Shown: in pieces, positions 22,618 to 32,296 of the stretch
Layout of the letters: every line of letters begins with the position of its first letter
Numbering within the stretch: position 1 is the first letter of the stretch
DNA from: a virus
Taxonomy: Duplodnaviria > Heunggongvirae > Uroviricota > Caudoviricetes
Virus record (IMG/VR): IMGVR_UViG_2667527975_000009
Location: 1 to 47,773 of that record
Reading direction: 5' to 3' (one strand)
DNA: 47,773 bases
Notes under the pieces: generated by a model
Database searches by the model: none
The model's input: the letters and a program-made list of their open reading frames with translations, nothing else
What the model was told of the DNA's origin: nothing
Position numbers and translations under genes: made by a program

Positions 22618-23241
22618 CTAACGTGTGACCGCGTTCAAAATGTTGTCTGCGATTGACTCTTCCTTGTGGCATTGCACCACTAGAGCGTCATACAGCGGCT
22701 TAACAGTGCGTGACCAGGTGGGTTGGGTAAGGTTTGGGATTAGCATCGTTACAGCGCGATATGCGGCGCTTGCTGGCATCCTGGAATAGCCGACGCCTTT
22801 GCATCTTCCGCACTCTTTCTCAACAACTCTCCCCCACTGCTCTGTTTTTGCTATATCAACCGCACGGCCTGTACCGTGACAATCTCTGCATCTTGCGCCA
22901 GGCGTCGCGGCACTACGGCAATAATCCGCATAAGCGAATGTTGCGAGCACTTGCAGTACCTTTGCCTTAGTATTTCCTTCGAGCTTTGCCACACCACGGT
23001 ATTTCCCCGATACCTTGTGTGCAAATTGCATCAGATAGTTGATAGCCTTTTGTTTGTCGTTCTGGCTGAGTTCGTGCTTACCACAGAATGCAGCCATTCC
23101 GAATCCGGCTTGTGATTGCGCCATCCCCATAGCAGCCATCACATCAGTACCGGAAAGAGAGTCAGAAGCCGTAGCCCGTGGTGAGTCGCTCATCATCGGG
23201 CTTTTTGGCGAATGAAATTTAGCTACGCTTTCGAGTCTCAT
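22618..23241 (-). CDS. Q: Late antiterminator Q
   Basis: 207 aa, [31 protein letters not shown]...; lambda Q. Confidence 0.95.
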   Translation of the reverse strand: MRLESVAKFHSPKSPMMSDSPRATASDSLSGTDVMAAMGMAQSQAGFGMAAFCGKHELSQNDKQKAINYLMQFAHKVSGKYRGVAKLEGNTKAKVLQVLATFAYADYCRSAATPGARCRDCHGTGRAVDIAKTEQWGRVVEKECGRCKGVGYSRMPASAAYRAVTMLIPNLTQPTWSRTVKPLYDALVVQCHKEESIADNILNAVTR

Positions 23242-23903
23242 GCGCCTTCTCCCTGTACCTGAATCAATGTGAGGTTTCCGCAGAACACTGCGCCGGTATC
23301 GATATACATCTGGTTGGCAAATTTGAGTGGTTTCACTGCTGGCGTATGACCAAAGATAAACGTGTCCGCGCCTTTAATTTCTTTCACGATCCCGTCTTGT
23401 GAGTTGCTGATTCGTTCGCGGTTCCAGATTACCTGCTGATGATCAACTGGCTTTCCAAACTCGTATTCGTCACAAGGATAATCGGCGTGGCAGATGACAT
23501 ATTTTTTATCTTTGCTCACCAGTTCGATGATTAACGGAAGTTCATCTGCTTTATGGGCAAGAGCTTTAGCCAGAATTTCTTTGTCGTAATCGAGATTAAA
23601 GAACCAGCCACCGCCATTAAACAGCCAGTGATTGACGTTTCCACGCTCTGATAAGCCATCAATCATCATTTGCTCATGGTTTCCACGTACAGCTCTGAAC
23701 CAGGGGAATGTGATTAATTCCAGGCATTCGACGTTCTCTGCACCACGATCGACCAAATCGCCAACCGAGATAAGCAGGTCTTTTTGGGTGTCGAATCCAA
23801 TCGTATCCAGTTTTCTCATCAGGTTCGTGTAGCATCCGTGCAGGTCGCCAACTACCCAAATATTTCGGTATTTGCTGCCATCAATTCTTTCGTAATAGCG
23901 CAT
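23238..23903 (-). CDS. Ser/Thr protein phosphatase (lambda NinI/ORF221-like)
   Basis: Metallophosphatase motifs GDLHG...GDLVDRG...GNHE; 221 aa from the internal start MRYYERIDG. Confidence 0.9.
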   Translation of the reverse strand: MRYYERIDGSKYRNIWVVGDLHGCYTNLMRKLDTIGFDTQKDLLISVGDLVDRGAENVECLELITFPWFRAVRGNHEQMMIDGLSERGNVNHWLFNGGGWFFNLDYDKEILAKALAHKADELPLIIELVSKDKKYVICHADYPCDEYEFGKPVDHQQVIWNRERISNSQDGIVKEIKGADTFIFGHTPAVKPLKFANQMYIDTGAVFCGNLTLIQVQGEGA

Positions 23904-24087
23904 CTCTTTCACTCCATCCGCGATGAACCATGAGAACGTCGTTGACGATGGCGTGCATTTTCCCGTCTTTATCATCAACGTATTTTCTGACCGTACCGCG
24001 ACTACATTTCAGTCTGCGTGCTACTTCTGTCTGGTTTCCGTATGCTTCAACGAGCATGTCTGGAATGGTTTTTACTGAGAACGTCAT
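23881..24087 (-). CDS. ninH: NinH
   Basis: 68 aa, [36 protein letters not shown]... Confidence 0.85.
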   Translation of the reverse strand: MTFSVKTIPDMLVEAYGNQTEVARRLKCSRGTVRKYVDDKDGKMHAIVNDVLMVHRGWSERDALLRKN

Positions 24088-24695
24088 GCGGCCTCACTTC
24101 TGCTGTTTCGCAGGTCTTTGAGTTTCTGCTGATACTCCGCCTTGATGGCCCTGCACTCTTCGACAGTCCAGCGATGGCGGCTATGGTTTGATTCGATTTC
24201 GTCTACTGCTTCCTGCCCGATGCGGCTAATCAGTTCGACGCGATACGGAACGAGATTTCCGCTTTTGTGCTGGTTGCACACCACGCATTGCTTGTGAATA
24301 TTGCGTTCATCAAATCGGAGTTGAGGTGCCGCAGCAGTTGTCCGGTAATGTCCGGCATCCCACTGAGCAGACGTGAGCGTTCCGCACGAGATACATGGTA
24401 AGTCGCGGTCTCTTTCTCTGATGAAGGCGTTTACGGCTTGTTGGGCTTGTTTAATCCAGTAACTGCGGGGCTTTAAGGCGAGTTTTCGAATCTTAAGTTT
24501 ATCTTTCTGTTTCTGCTCCTCTCGTCGTCGTTTCTTCTCTGCTGCTTTTTCCGCTTTTTCGCGTTCTTTGCTTCGTCGTTCCAGTGCTATCTTTGTTCCA
24601 CACTCTGGAGAGCACCACCACTGATTAGCGAATGCAGGGTGAAACCATTCCCGACATTCATCGTTTTTACATCGTCTTCGCGCTGGTTTAGCCAT
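24084..24695 (-). CDS. ninG: NinG (Rap-like recombination endonuclease)
   Basis: 203 aa, [22 protein letters not shown]..., Cys-rich. Confidence 0.9.
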   Translation of the reverse strand: MAKPARRRCKNDECREWFHPAFANQWWCSPECGTKIALERRSKEREKAEKAAEKKRRREEQKQKDKLKIRKLALKPRSYWIKQAQQAVNAFIRERDRDLPCISCGTLTSAQWDAGHYRTTAAAPQLRFDERNIHKQCVVCNQHKSGNLVPYRVELISRIGQEAVDEIESNHSRHRWTVEECRAIKAEYQQKLKDLRNSRSEAA

Positions 24696-24864
24696 CGTCT
24701 TCTTCCTCGTGCATTGAGCTATTCGGATCGCTCATCAGTTCTGCGCAGCAGTGCTCACACACGTGAACTTCCAGCACATGCAGCTTCTGGCCGCAGTTAG
24801 CGCACGTTAAAGCTCGCTCGACGCTTTCTTTCTGGTATTGAAGGGATTGGGATGGGCTAAGCAT
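24688..24864 (-). CDS. ninF: NinF
   Basis: 58-aa ORF found by hand (below the ORF-track cutoff): [58 protein letters not shown]. Confidence 0.8.
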   Translation of the reverse strand: MLSPSQSLQYQKESVERALTCANCGQKLHVLEVHVCEHCCAELMSDPNSSMHEEEDDG

Positions 24865-25247
24865 TATTGGATTCTCCGCATCATGAGAAAGACAATCATG
24901 GCGGCACGGAGTGGATTGTCATATGCGACACCAACATTCGGTCCGGCATCATCAAACAAGTCCCTTGCGTTGTCTGTAGCGCACGGCATTGAGGGATTGT
25001 CTAAAATTATGCTGATGTTGTTTTCAGTGATAATCGGCCATGCGTCTGCTGGGTTTGCGCATGGGTTAAAGGATCCGCGCTCAACTTCTACTTCAACTGC
25101 GTCTCCGTTTACAATGTCTCCCTCAAATGAGATAAACACCATCGCGCCATTCTCACCTTCTTTGTAATCCGGTGATCCGTTATGAATGGCTTCGAATACT
25201 GCCACGTTAATTTCAAAATCACTTAACTGTGAATAATCCATTGTCAT
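24864..25247 (-). CDS. Hypothetical nin-region protein
   Basis: 127 aa from [24 protein letters not shown]...; its ATG overlaps the ninE stop (ATGA). Confidence 0.6.
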   Translation of the reverse strand: MTMDYSQLSDFEINVAVFEAIHNGSPDYKEGENGAMVFISFEGDIVNGDAVEVEVERGSFNPCANPADAWPIITENNISIILDNPSMPCATDNARDLFDDAGPNVGVAYDNPLRAAMIVFLMMRRIQ

Positions 25248-25420
25248 TTCCTCGCACGATGTCTTAGCCACCGGATATCCCACAGGTGAGCCGTGTAATT
25301 GAAGGTTTTTACGTCAGATTCTTTCGGGATTGGCTTGCGTTTATTTCTGGAGCGTTTCGTTGGAAGGTATTTGCAGTTTTCGCAGATGATGTCGGTGATA
25401 CTTCGTCGCTGTCGTCTCAT
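25244..25420 (-). CDS. ninE: NinE
   Basis: [51 protein letters not shown]... Confidence 0.85.
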   Translation of the reverse strand: MRRQRRSITDIICENCKYLPTKRSRNKRKPIPKESDVKTFNYTAHLWDIRWLRHRARK

Positions 25421-25944
25421 GCCGCCCTCCTGACGCCCTGCCCGATCGCCATCAATGCCGCTTTGGATACGGTAGTAAACATCCGTCGAGGACTGATGAA
25501 CGGTCGCCAAATCAGCAGCATTGAGCCTTTGCTGTTTCCCTTCTTCTCCAGCCCTGTCGATGGTTCGATAAAATTAATCCGTCCATCAGTGATAATACGA
25601 ACTTCGTCAACACTCTCCAGAGCCTTGCTGAACCATCCGACAGACATATCCTCTGGCACAAGCATCACTACCGTCTGTCGTTGTTGTATGCACTGCTCAG
25701 CGGCTTTTTCCACCCACGGCCTGATATTGCTGTACGGTGGGTTATTCCAGATTGCACCGTGGCTTACCCACTCAGAATTGAGCGCGTCGTCGGCCTCAGT
25801 TAGCCAGTGAGCACACAGAGCATTTTTGTCGCTCGCTGCCGAATCCAGCCAGAATCCAAACTCAATATCCAGTGCATCAAAAAGCCAAAGCGGCGTTTGC
25901 CAGCAGTCCTTGTCGTGTGCTGGCGTATTTGATTTGATAGTCAT
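25417..25944 (-). CDS. DNA N6-adenine methyltransferase (phage Dam-like)
   Basis: NPPY motif (IWNNPPYSN) with a conserved N-terminal [12 protein letters not shown] segment; internal start at MTIKSNTP. Confidence 0.8.
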   Translation of the reverse strand: MTIKSNTPAHDKDCWQTPLWLFDALDIEFGFWLDSAASDKNALCAHWLTEADDALNSEWVSHGAIWNNPPYSNIRPWVEKAAEQCIQQRQTVVMLVPEDMSVGWFSKALESVDEVRIITDGRINFIEPSTGLEKKGNSKGSMLLIWRPFISPRRMFTTVSKAALMAIGQGVRRAA

Positions 25945-26381
25945 GCAGCCCGATCTCCCCATCTCGCTTTCCACTCCAGAGCCAGTCGCGCTTCGTCTGA
26001 CCACTTAACGCCACGCTCTGTACCGAATGCCTGTATAAGCTCTAATAGCTCCGCAAATTCGCTTACACGCATCCTGCTGGTTGACTGGCCTATTACCACA
26101 AAGCCATTCCCGGCAAGGTTAGGAACAACATCCTGCTGCTTTAAGGCTGCGGTAAAAACGCACTTCCAGCTTTCTGCATCCAGCCAGCGACCATGCCATT
26201 CAACCTGACGCGAAACGTCGCCAAGGCAAGCCCAAAGCTTCCGATTTTGGTCTAAGCTGCGGTTGCGCTCCTGAATGGTTACTACGATTGGTTTGGTTGG
26301 GTCCGGAAGGATTTTCTGGATGGCTTGAATGGCGTTCTGCTGATGGATGGGGCTTCTTAGTTCAAACGTTAGTTTCCTCAT
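25941..26381 (-). CDS. ninB: NinB (Orf-family recombination mediator)
   Basis: 146 aa, MRKLTFELRSPIHQQNAIQAIQKILPDPTKPIVVTIQERNRSLDQNRKLWA... Confidence 0.9.
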   Translation of the reverse strand: MRKLTFELRSPIHQQNAIQAIQKILPDPTKPIVVTIQERNRSLDQNRKLWACLGDVSRQVEWHGRWLDAESWKCVFTAALKQQDVVPNLAGNGFVVIGQSTSRMRVSEFAELLELIQAFGTERGVKWSDEARLALEWKARWGDRAA

Positions 26382-26598
26382 GGGATGAACTCCAGTGTGT
26401 GATGTTAAATTCCCATTTAATTACCTTTGCATACCCAATTTTGAACCCATCAATACCTATCCACCGGTTGCCACTCCAATAAGCTGTACCACTTTGCTTG
26501 AAATGATGTGGATGCCTAGATTTAGTGGTCACTGTTACAGGTAAATATGGCTTCGGGTATTCCCCATTTCCTGGATAACCAGATTTAATTCTGCTCAT
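26362..26598 (-). CDS. Hypothetical protein
   Basis: 78-aa ORF, translationally coupled to its neighbours. Confidence 0.4.
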   Translation of the reverse strand: MSRIKSGYPGNGEYPKPYLPVTVTTKSRHPHHFKQSGTAYWSGNRWIGIDGFKIGYAKVIKWEFNITHWSSSHEETNV

Positions 26599-26921
26599 TG
26601 ATACCCTCTCTCACTTAATCGCCTCCACGCTTCGTTAAACTCTTCTCGAGTTGCGCCGGATTTTCTTTCTTCAAACATCATGCATTCGCTGATGTCTCCC
26701 CATGACTTTGGTCGCTTTTCAGCGAACAGATCATCCCATTCGAATACCCAGCGGCCTGATTTTCGGTAGTGGTAAATGGTCAGCCATGTTGTGCTGTTCG
26801 CTGGATACCCATAGAGAACTTCGACTTTTTGATCACGGTCTTTATGCTTCTTCAGCAGGATAAAGCCAGCAACCAGCGAAGTTCCGGCAAGAATGATGAT
26901 TGGAATTTGCCAGTCAGCCAC
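26595..26921 (-). CDS. Hypothetical membrane protein
   Basis: 108 aa with an N-terminal transmembrane segment (IPIIILAGTSLVAGFILL). Confidence 0.5.
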   Translation of the reverse strand: MADWQIPIIILAGTSLVAGFILLKKHKDRDQKVEVLYGYPANSTTWLTIYHYRKSGRWVFEWDDLFAEKRPKSWGDISECMMFEERKSGATREEFNEAWRRLSERGYQ

Positions 26922-26996
26922 ACTTCCCTCTCCCCCAAATAAAAAGGCCTGCGATTACCAGCAGGCCTGTTATTAGCTCAGTGATGTAGATGGTCA

Positions 26997-28448
26997 TCAG
27001 AATCCTCCTTTCTTCTTGGACTGCGGTTCCTCGCGTTCACGTCGGCGCATTTCAGCAGACTGTTGGTCTGTGTCATAAATAGCGCCATTTGCCTGAATGC
27101 AATACACCGTGCCGGTATTGCCATGACGATTGAGACGAAGGATTAGTTCGGTTTCACCAGGTGGAACACTGTCATCAAAAGCGCCTTCACGATGGATCCC
27201 AACCCAATAATCGCAATCCTGTTCAATCTGCCCTGTATCTCGTGAGTCACTTGGTAATGGGCGTTTATTGGTTCGGCTTTCCAGTGCGCGGTTAAGCTGT
27301 GTCAGAAGCACAACAACGCAATCAAGCTCTTTGGCAAGGTTCTTCAGTCCTTTGGTGATCATGCCGTAAGCAAGGTCGTTGCGATCGGCCTTCTCAGCGG
27401 TCATTAGTGTCAGGTAATCGACCAGAATCATGCCAACACATCCTTTTTCTCGCTTGATTCGACGGCTTTCGCTGACGATTTGAGCCAGAGATAATCCCGG
27501 CGTGTCGTCGATGTAAAGCATGTCGATTTCACTCAAGCGATTAGCTGTTTCGATCGCCCTGTTGAAGTCACCATCGTAATCACCCTGATAGCCGTCATCA
27601 GCGTCATTTGTCGCCGGAAGGTAAAAAATATTCGGGTTAACACCTGACTTCTGTCCCACCAGTTTTTCCAGTATCTGGTCACCTGGCATTTCAAGGCTGA
27701 ACATCAGAGCGGGCTTTTTCTCATGCACTGCGCAGTTGATTGCCATCTGGCTGTATAGCGTCGTTTTCCCCATCTTAGGGCGAGCGCCAATGACAAACAG
27801 AGAGCCTTTCACCAGACCTTTCGGTGACAGCATCCTGTCCAGCGATGGGATCCCTGTGCTCATTCCTCGTTGTTCGCCTGACGGGTCAAATCGCTTCTCA
27901 AGGTCGCTAACCCAGTCTTCCATGACCTCACCAAATGAGCGAAGGCCGCGACGCGATCCGGTTTTTGCATGGTCTGTCAGTTGCGTGAAAATCGCCTGAA
28001 TAGCTTCGTACTTCTGCGTTGCAGTCATTCCGTTGCGGGAATAGAGAAATTCCGTCGCTTCAGTCATGCGGTTGATGGCGTAGCGTTCCATTGCGGTTTC
28101 ACGAACCTGCATTGCATAGGCAACAATGTTTGCTACGCTTGGCGTGTTCTTTGCGAGCTCAGCGATATAAGCAAAACCGCCAACAGACGCCGTTAACGAT
28201 TTACGCTCCAGTTCATCGAAAAGCGTCAGGCCATCTACTGGCTTTTGCTCCCGGTGCATTCTGGTTATTTCTTCGAAAAGGATTTTGTGTGGTCGGCCGT
28301 AAAATGAATCAGGCTTCAGCATCGCCAGAACTTTCTGGACGCGCTCACTGCTGTCATCATCCAGAAGCAATCCACCAATCACCGCCTGCTCTGCCTCGAT
28401 GCTATGGGGCGGCGCATAAAAATTATCGGTCATCGTGTTCACCCTCAC
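26997..28448 (-). CDS. Replicative DNA helicase (DnaB family)
   Basis: 483 aa with a DnaB N-terminal domain (HSIEAEQAVIGGLLLD) and Walker A motif GARPKMGKTT. Confidence 0.9.
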   Translation of the reverse strand: MRVNTMTDNFYAPPHSIEAEQAVIGGLLLDDDSSERVQKVLAMLKPDSFYGRPHKILFEEITRMHREQKPVDGLTLFDELERKSLTASVGGFAYIAELAKNTPSVANIVAYAMQVRETAMERYAINRMTEATEFLYSRNGMTATQKYEAIQAIFTQLTDHAKTGSRRGLRSFGEVMEDWVSDLEKRFDPSGEQRGMSTGIPSLDRMLSPKGLVKGSLFVIGARPKMGKTTLYSQMAINCAVHEKKPALMFSLEMPGDQILEKLVGQKSGVNPNIFYLPATNDADDGYQGDYDGDFNRAIETANRLSEIDMLYIDDTPGLSLAQIVSESRRIKREKGCVGMILVDYLTLMTAEKADRNDLAYGMITKGLKNLAKELDCVVVLLTQLNRALESRTNKRPLPSDSRDTGQIEQDCDYWVGIHREGAFDDSVPPGETELILRLNRHGNTGTVYCIQANGAIYDTDQQSAEMRRREREEPQSKKKGGF

Positions 28449-29313
28449 GAACTTTCAGGTAGGTATTATCGTTAAGCAGGAAATCAAATCCCTTTTTGTG
28501 CCAGACAGTTCCGCGTTGATGGTTTGGACGCTCTTCGAACATCCATCGGCAATTTTCGCCTACGTAGCTCAAATAATTTCTCCAGTCCTGCATCGTGAAC
28601 CCATGCCCGTCAAGCTGGCGGGTTATCACTCCGGCTTTGCGCCAGAACGTTCGGATCTGGTTTTTACGCTTGTCATTCAGTGCGCGGATTTTTGGCGCTT
28701 CAGGAAGGATTTCGTGGTAAGCATCGACAACATCCTGACAGCTAACGGAAGGTTTTTTCTTGTCAGACTTTTTGTCTGCTGTGGCACTCTCTAATACGTC
28801 AGTATTAGAGATATTATTTATATTATTGTTTATGGACAACCGTTGGACAACCGTTGGACAATCTCCGCTGAGAGCCGCGCCATTACTGGTGTTTGCGTTG
28901 GACAACCGTTGGACAACCGTTGGACAATTTTTTGCCTGAAAATCGTCATATTTAACGATTGTAAACAGGCTAAATTTCTTCCCCATCGAGCAAATATTAA
29001 GCATCCCTTTCGACTCAAAAGTCCGTAATAAGCTCCTAACTTTGTTGTCGGGGATGAATGTTTCTCTGACCAGCGACGGGCGTCCAGTTATCATCTGACC
29101 GCGATCAACAGTTATCGGACCGATATCAGTATTGACGACAGTAGATTCGTGATTAGCCTTGAGGATTAAGTGAAGCCAAAGATGTACTGCCTGAGAGTCC
29201 TTATAGAGCCTGCTGTCCATAAACTGGCGGTGTATAGAGACATACCCCATACTGGATGCCTCCTGATGTTGTACAGGGTTATGCCTGTAATCAGCTAACT
29301 TAACGACGCCCAT
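28423..29313 (-). CDS. Replication initiation protein (lambda O-like) containing the origin
   Basis: 296 aa; the iteron array lies inside the coding sequence, so the peptide CPTVVQRLS is encoded twice. The true start may be an internal Met. Confidence 0.8.
   Translation of the reverse strand: MGVVKLADYRHNPVQHQEASSMGYVSIHRQFMDSRLYKDSQAVHLWLHLILKANHESTVVNTDIGPITVDRGQMITGRPSLVRETFIPDNKVRSLLRTFESKGMLNICSMGKKFSLFTIVKYDDFQAKNCPTVVQRLSNANTSNGAALSGDCPTVVQRLSINNNINNISNTDVLESATADKKSDKKKPSVSCQDVVDAYHEILPEAPKIRALNDKRKNQIRTFWRKAGVITRQLDGHGFTMQDWRNYLSYVGENCRWMFEERPNHQRGTVWHKKGFDFLLNDNTYLKVREGEHDDR
28834..28927. repeat. Origin iterons (GGACAACCGTT in two clusters of three) beside an AT-rich tract
   Basis: Direct repeats at 28834-28861 and 28898-28927, with an AT-rich stretch at 28809-28833. 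Confidence 0.8.
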
Positions 29314-29461
29314 GTTTCACTCCTGCTTTGGCTAGTCTGTAAACACCAACAAGGCGCTCTGCGAACGCCCTGTTATTTGCTGCGGCTACCACTAATCCCT
29401 CAGGTGAATCAGGGTGTCGAATCTCTTCTTTTTCCTGGTATTTCTTACGACGTTTTGTCAT
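29300..29461 (-). CDS. Small basic ORF between cII and the replication gene
   Basis: 53-aa ORF found by hand (MTKRRKKYQEKEEIRHPDS...); no homology recognised. Confidence 0.25.
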   Translation of the reverse strand: MTKRRKKYQEKEEIRHPDSPEGLVVAAANNRAFAERLVGVYRLAKAGVKHGRR

Positions 29462-29495
29462 AATTACTCCTGTGGATTGATCCAGTCTTTCTACA

Positions 29496-29774
29496 TCAGG
29501 CCTCGAAGAATTCGCCGTTCTTCGGGGCTTTTTCTTTTGTCAGCATTCTGGCTACTTTCTTAGCCAGTTCCGCCAATTCCTCGTCTTCAACACCCCATTC
29601 AAGAACAGCCAGAAGCATTCCCATTTTTGGGATAAAGCTGTCTTTCCATCGCGAAATTTGCGATTCATTGATCCCTAATGCATCAGCAACCTTTCGCTGA
29701 CCACGTACAGCAATTCGATTCAGGATGTTGCTTGTAATTGCATTCGCTTTCTTGCGAGTACTTGTAAGTTGCAT
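29496..29774 (-). CDS. cII: CII-like transcriptional activator
   Basis: Internal start MQLTSTRKKANAITSNILNRIAVRGQRKVADALGINESQISRWK...MLLAVLEWGV; resembles lambda CII. Confidence 0.85.
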   Translation of the reverse strand: MQLTSTRKKANAITSNILNRIAVRGQRKVADALGINESQISRWKDSFIPKMGMLLAVLEWGVEDEELAELAKKVARMLTKEKAPKNGEFFEA

Positions 29775-29893
29775 ATGTAAGTATTTCCTTAGATAACAAT
29801 TGATTGAATGTATGCAAATAAATGCATACACCATAGGTGTGGTTTAATTTGATGCCCTTTTTCAGGGCTGGGATGTGTAAGAGCGTTGATAAC

Positions 29894-30124
29894 TTAAGCA
29901 GCCATTAATTCAGGCCAGATGCTTTCCCAATCAACCGGATGAAGGTCTTTGCGAGTCACTTCACCATTGCTGAACTTCTCAATCAGAACACAAAGTGCTG
30001 CGCCCAATTCATGATTACGGCTAAGTGCTTTCCTCAAATAGCCGATAGAAGTTCCGCACTTGGTGGCAAATTCTCTCTGCTCTTCCAGTGAAAGGGAGTT
30101 CAGATACAAGCGGAGTTCTTCCAT
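29894..30124 (-). CDS. cro: Cro-like repressor
   Basis: 76-aa HTH protein, divergent from cI across the operator region. Confidence 0.75.
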   Translation of the reverse strand: MEELRLYLNSLSLEEQREFATKCGTSIGYLRKALSRNHELGAALCVLIEKFSNGEVTRKDLHPVDWESIWPELMAA

Positions 30125-30157
30125 TTGCTATCTCCTTCCCGTTGTTGAATAAGGTAA

Positions 30158-30213
30158 GTTTACCTGCAGGTAAAAAACAAATCAATACCCACAGGTTATT
30201 TACCGATAGGTAA
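30158..30213. promoter_or_regulatory. OR operators with pRM/pR
   Basis: Perfect 16-bp palindrome TTTACCTGCAGGTAAA (30159-30174) and a second site TTTACCGATAGGTAA (30199-30213) between cro and cI. Confidence 0.7.
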
Positions 30214-30232
30214 TCAAAGATAGAATTAAATC

Positions 30233-30919
30233 ATGGATAAATACGAACAAAGACGACTAAGGCTGATAGAGATAAGAGACCGATTCTGTAATGGAAAGGC
30301 CTCAGAGTTGGCTCGTCGAATAGAAAGGGAACCATCATACGTTTCCAGGATGCTGTATCCGGAAGGAAAAAGCGGAAAAAAACGCATTGCTGACGATATG
30401 ATGGAACTAATTGAAAAATCTTTTAATCTCCCACGCGGATGGATGGACATGCTTGCAGATGGTAAAGCTGGAGCTACGGACCATCTTGAGTTTGCGGGTA
30501 ACGTTCGTGCGGGTTTTGTTCCGGTAATTGGTGAAGCCGTTTTGGGAGTTGATGGCTCAGTGGATATGATTGAATTCAGATCCGGTTGGTTAAGCATCTA
30601 CAGCGGCGATAAAGATGCTTACGGTCTGAAGGTTAAGGGTGACAGCATGTGGCCAAGGATTCAGTCAGGAGAATATGTTGTTATTGAACCAAATACGCCA
30701 GTACATCCAGGTGATGAAGTCTTTGTAAGGACAAAAGACGGTCACAACATGATAAAGATCATGAACAAAACAAGAGACGGTGATTATCAGTTTAGTAGCA
30801 TAAACAGTGATCACCGCCCAATCACTCTTCCTGTTGAAGAAGTTGATAAAATGCATTTTGTTTCAGCTATTGTGAAACACACCAGGTACGTAGACCAGGA
30901 CGATCTGCCAAAAGTTTGA
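30233..30919 (+). CDS. cI: CI-type prophage repressor (HTH plus S24 LexA-like peptidase domain)
   Basis: 228 aa; the C-terminal GDSMWPRIQSGEYVVIE region is an S24 autocleavage domain. Confidence 0.9.
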   Translation: MDKYEQRRLRLIEIRDRFCNGKASELARRIEREPSYVSRMLYPEGKSGKKRIADDMMELIEKSFNLPRGWMDMLADGKAGATDHLEFAGNVRAGFVPVIGEAVLGVDGSVDMIEFRSGWLSIYSGDKDAYGLKVKGDSMWPRIQSGEYVVIEPNTPVHPGDEVFVRTKDGHNMIKIMNKTRDGDYQFSSINSDHRPITLPVEEVDKMHFVSAIVKHTRYVDQDDLPKV

Positions 30920-31230
30920 GGATAAAGCAGCAAATGTTTATACCCGGCATAGTAGTCGCTGTTGTAATCATCTGCTTCATATGGGCAAAGTTATCTCCTG
31001 TAAGCTCTAAGCATACAGCTGAACTCATGAGGAAGAAGCATCTTATACATGAGGCAGAATCGATAATTAAAAAGTTCAAAGGCATGTCATACGACGACAT
31101 GTCATCAGAGCAGATTGCTATGTATAAATGCGCCATTAAGCGCCTTGACTACTTAAACGGACTCAAACCCAAACACACCCCAGTAGAATCAAAATTGCCG
31201 CAATGGCCAAGCAATCCAAATAGCTTCTGA
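30916..31230 (+). CDS. Small membrane protein co-transcribed with cI
   Basis: 104 aa with an N-terminal transmembrane helix (IPGIVVAVVIICFIWA); overlaps the cI stop and is followed by a terminator. Confidence 0.6.
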   Translation: MRIKQQMFIPGIVVAVVIICFIWAKLSPVSSKHTAELMRKKHLIHEAESIIKKFKGMSYDDMSSEQIAMYKCAIKRLDYLNGLKPKHTPVESKLPQWPSNPNSF

Positions 31231-31241
31231 CATCTCCTTTC

Positions 31242-31266
31242 AGCCCGCAAAGCGGGCTTTTTTATA
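31242..31266 (+). terminator. Intrinsic terminator after the cI operon
   Basis: AGCCCGC-AAA-GCGGGCT followed by TTTTTTAT. Confidence 0.8.
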
Positions 31267-31283
31267 TCAATCCAAAAAATTAA

Positions 31284-31366
31284 TTACCTGAAAATTCAAG
31301 CAGGTAAACTCTCACATCAATTTTATTTACCTACAGGTATAGACAGAGGTTTTACCTGTAGGTATA
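31284..31366. promoter_or_regulatory. OL operators with pL
   Basis: TTTACCTACAGGTAT (31326-31340), TTTACCTGTAGGTAT (31351-31365) and TTACCTG...CAGGTAA (31284-31307), the same half-sites as OR. Confidence 0.65.
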
Positions 31367-31409
31367 TTTTAAGCCATCAGCAGGACGCACTGACCACCAT
31401 GAAGGTGAG

Positions 31410-31439
31410 GCTCTTAAAAATTAAGCCCTGAAGAAGGGC
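31410..31439 (+). promoter_or_regulatory. nutL (boxA plus boxB hairpin)
   Basis: GCTCTTAAAAATTAA GCCCTGAAGAAGGGC; the boxB stem-loop matches lambda nutL. Confidence 0.85.
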
Positions 31440-31637
31440 GGCATTCAAAGCAGAAGGCTTTGGGATTGGATGAATGAGCAGGCTGATGCTCGACCAATGT
31501 ATAAACAGCGCTCATGGCAAGCAGTAACCAATCTGCGCCTCAAGACAGCGTCACTGGTAGTGCGGGCGCTCTAACCAGTAAGCCGGGGTTCAGCGCCGGC
31601 CATCCAATCACCAAAGCTAACTGACAGGAGAATCCAG

Positions 31638-31964
31638 ATGGATGCACAAACACGCCGCCGCGAACGTCGCGCAGAGAAACAGGCTCAATGGAAAGCAGCA
31701 AATCCCCTGTTGGTTGGGGTAAGCGCAAAACCAGTTAACCGCCCTATTCTCTCGCTGAATCGCAAACCGAAATCACGAGTAGAAAGCGCACTGAATCCGA
31801 TAGACCTTACGGTGCTGGCTGAATACCACGAACAGATTGAAAGCAACCTGCAGCGTATTGAGCGCAAGAATCAGCGCACATGGTACAGCAAGCCACGCAG
31901 TGAAATGGGTGTGACTTGTGTTGGTCGACAGAAAATGAAATTAGGCAGCAAACCACTTATTTGA
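31638..31964 (+). CDS. N: Antiterminator N
   Basis: 108 aa, MDAQTRRRERRAEKQAQWKAANPLLVGVSAKPVNRPILSL...; lambda N with an Arg-rich motif. Confidence 0.95.
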   Translation: MDAQTRRRERRAEKQAQWKAANPLLVGVSAKPVNRPILSLNRKPKSRVESALNPIDLTVLAEYHEQIESNLQRIERKNQRTWYSKPRSEMGVTCVGRQKMKLGSKPLI

Positions 31965-31972
31965 GGTGATAT

Positions 31973-32296
31973 ATGGAAGCATTAGTAGTAGAGCGAAGCG
32001 AGGATGGCTACTGGACGCACCCAGAATACGCCAACCTGTTTGGGGATAGAGAGGTAATTTCAGCTGATGAGTTCAGATCTTTCTGCAAGCAGCATGGCAT
32101 TGAATCATCAATTGTTGAAATGGAAAACGACAACAATCAAACGGTAATTGACGCGTATTTTGAAGATGGGAATCAAAACATCAGTGGATGGGAGCCAAGC
32201 ATGCCAGATGGAGAAGGATGGTTTGTCGGTTCGATTCACGATACAGAAGACGGTCCGATCTGCGTTTGGTTCAGGAATGTAGATAAGGACGAATAG
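31973..32296 (+). CDS. Acidic hypothetical protein directly downstream of N
   Basis: 107 aa with a high Asp/Glu content; no recognisable homology. Confidence 0.55.
   Translation: MEALVVERSEDGYWTHPEYANLFGDREVISADEFRSFCKQHGIESSIVEMENDNNQTVIDAYFEDGNQNISGWEPSMPDGEGWFVGSIHDTEDGPICVWFRNVDKDE

Noticed and set aside
28834-28927. CRISPR array
   Set aside because: The repeats are 11-bp iterons without spacers of regular length; same conclusion for the 41680-41862 array.
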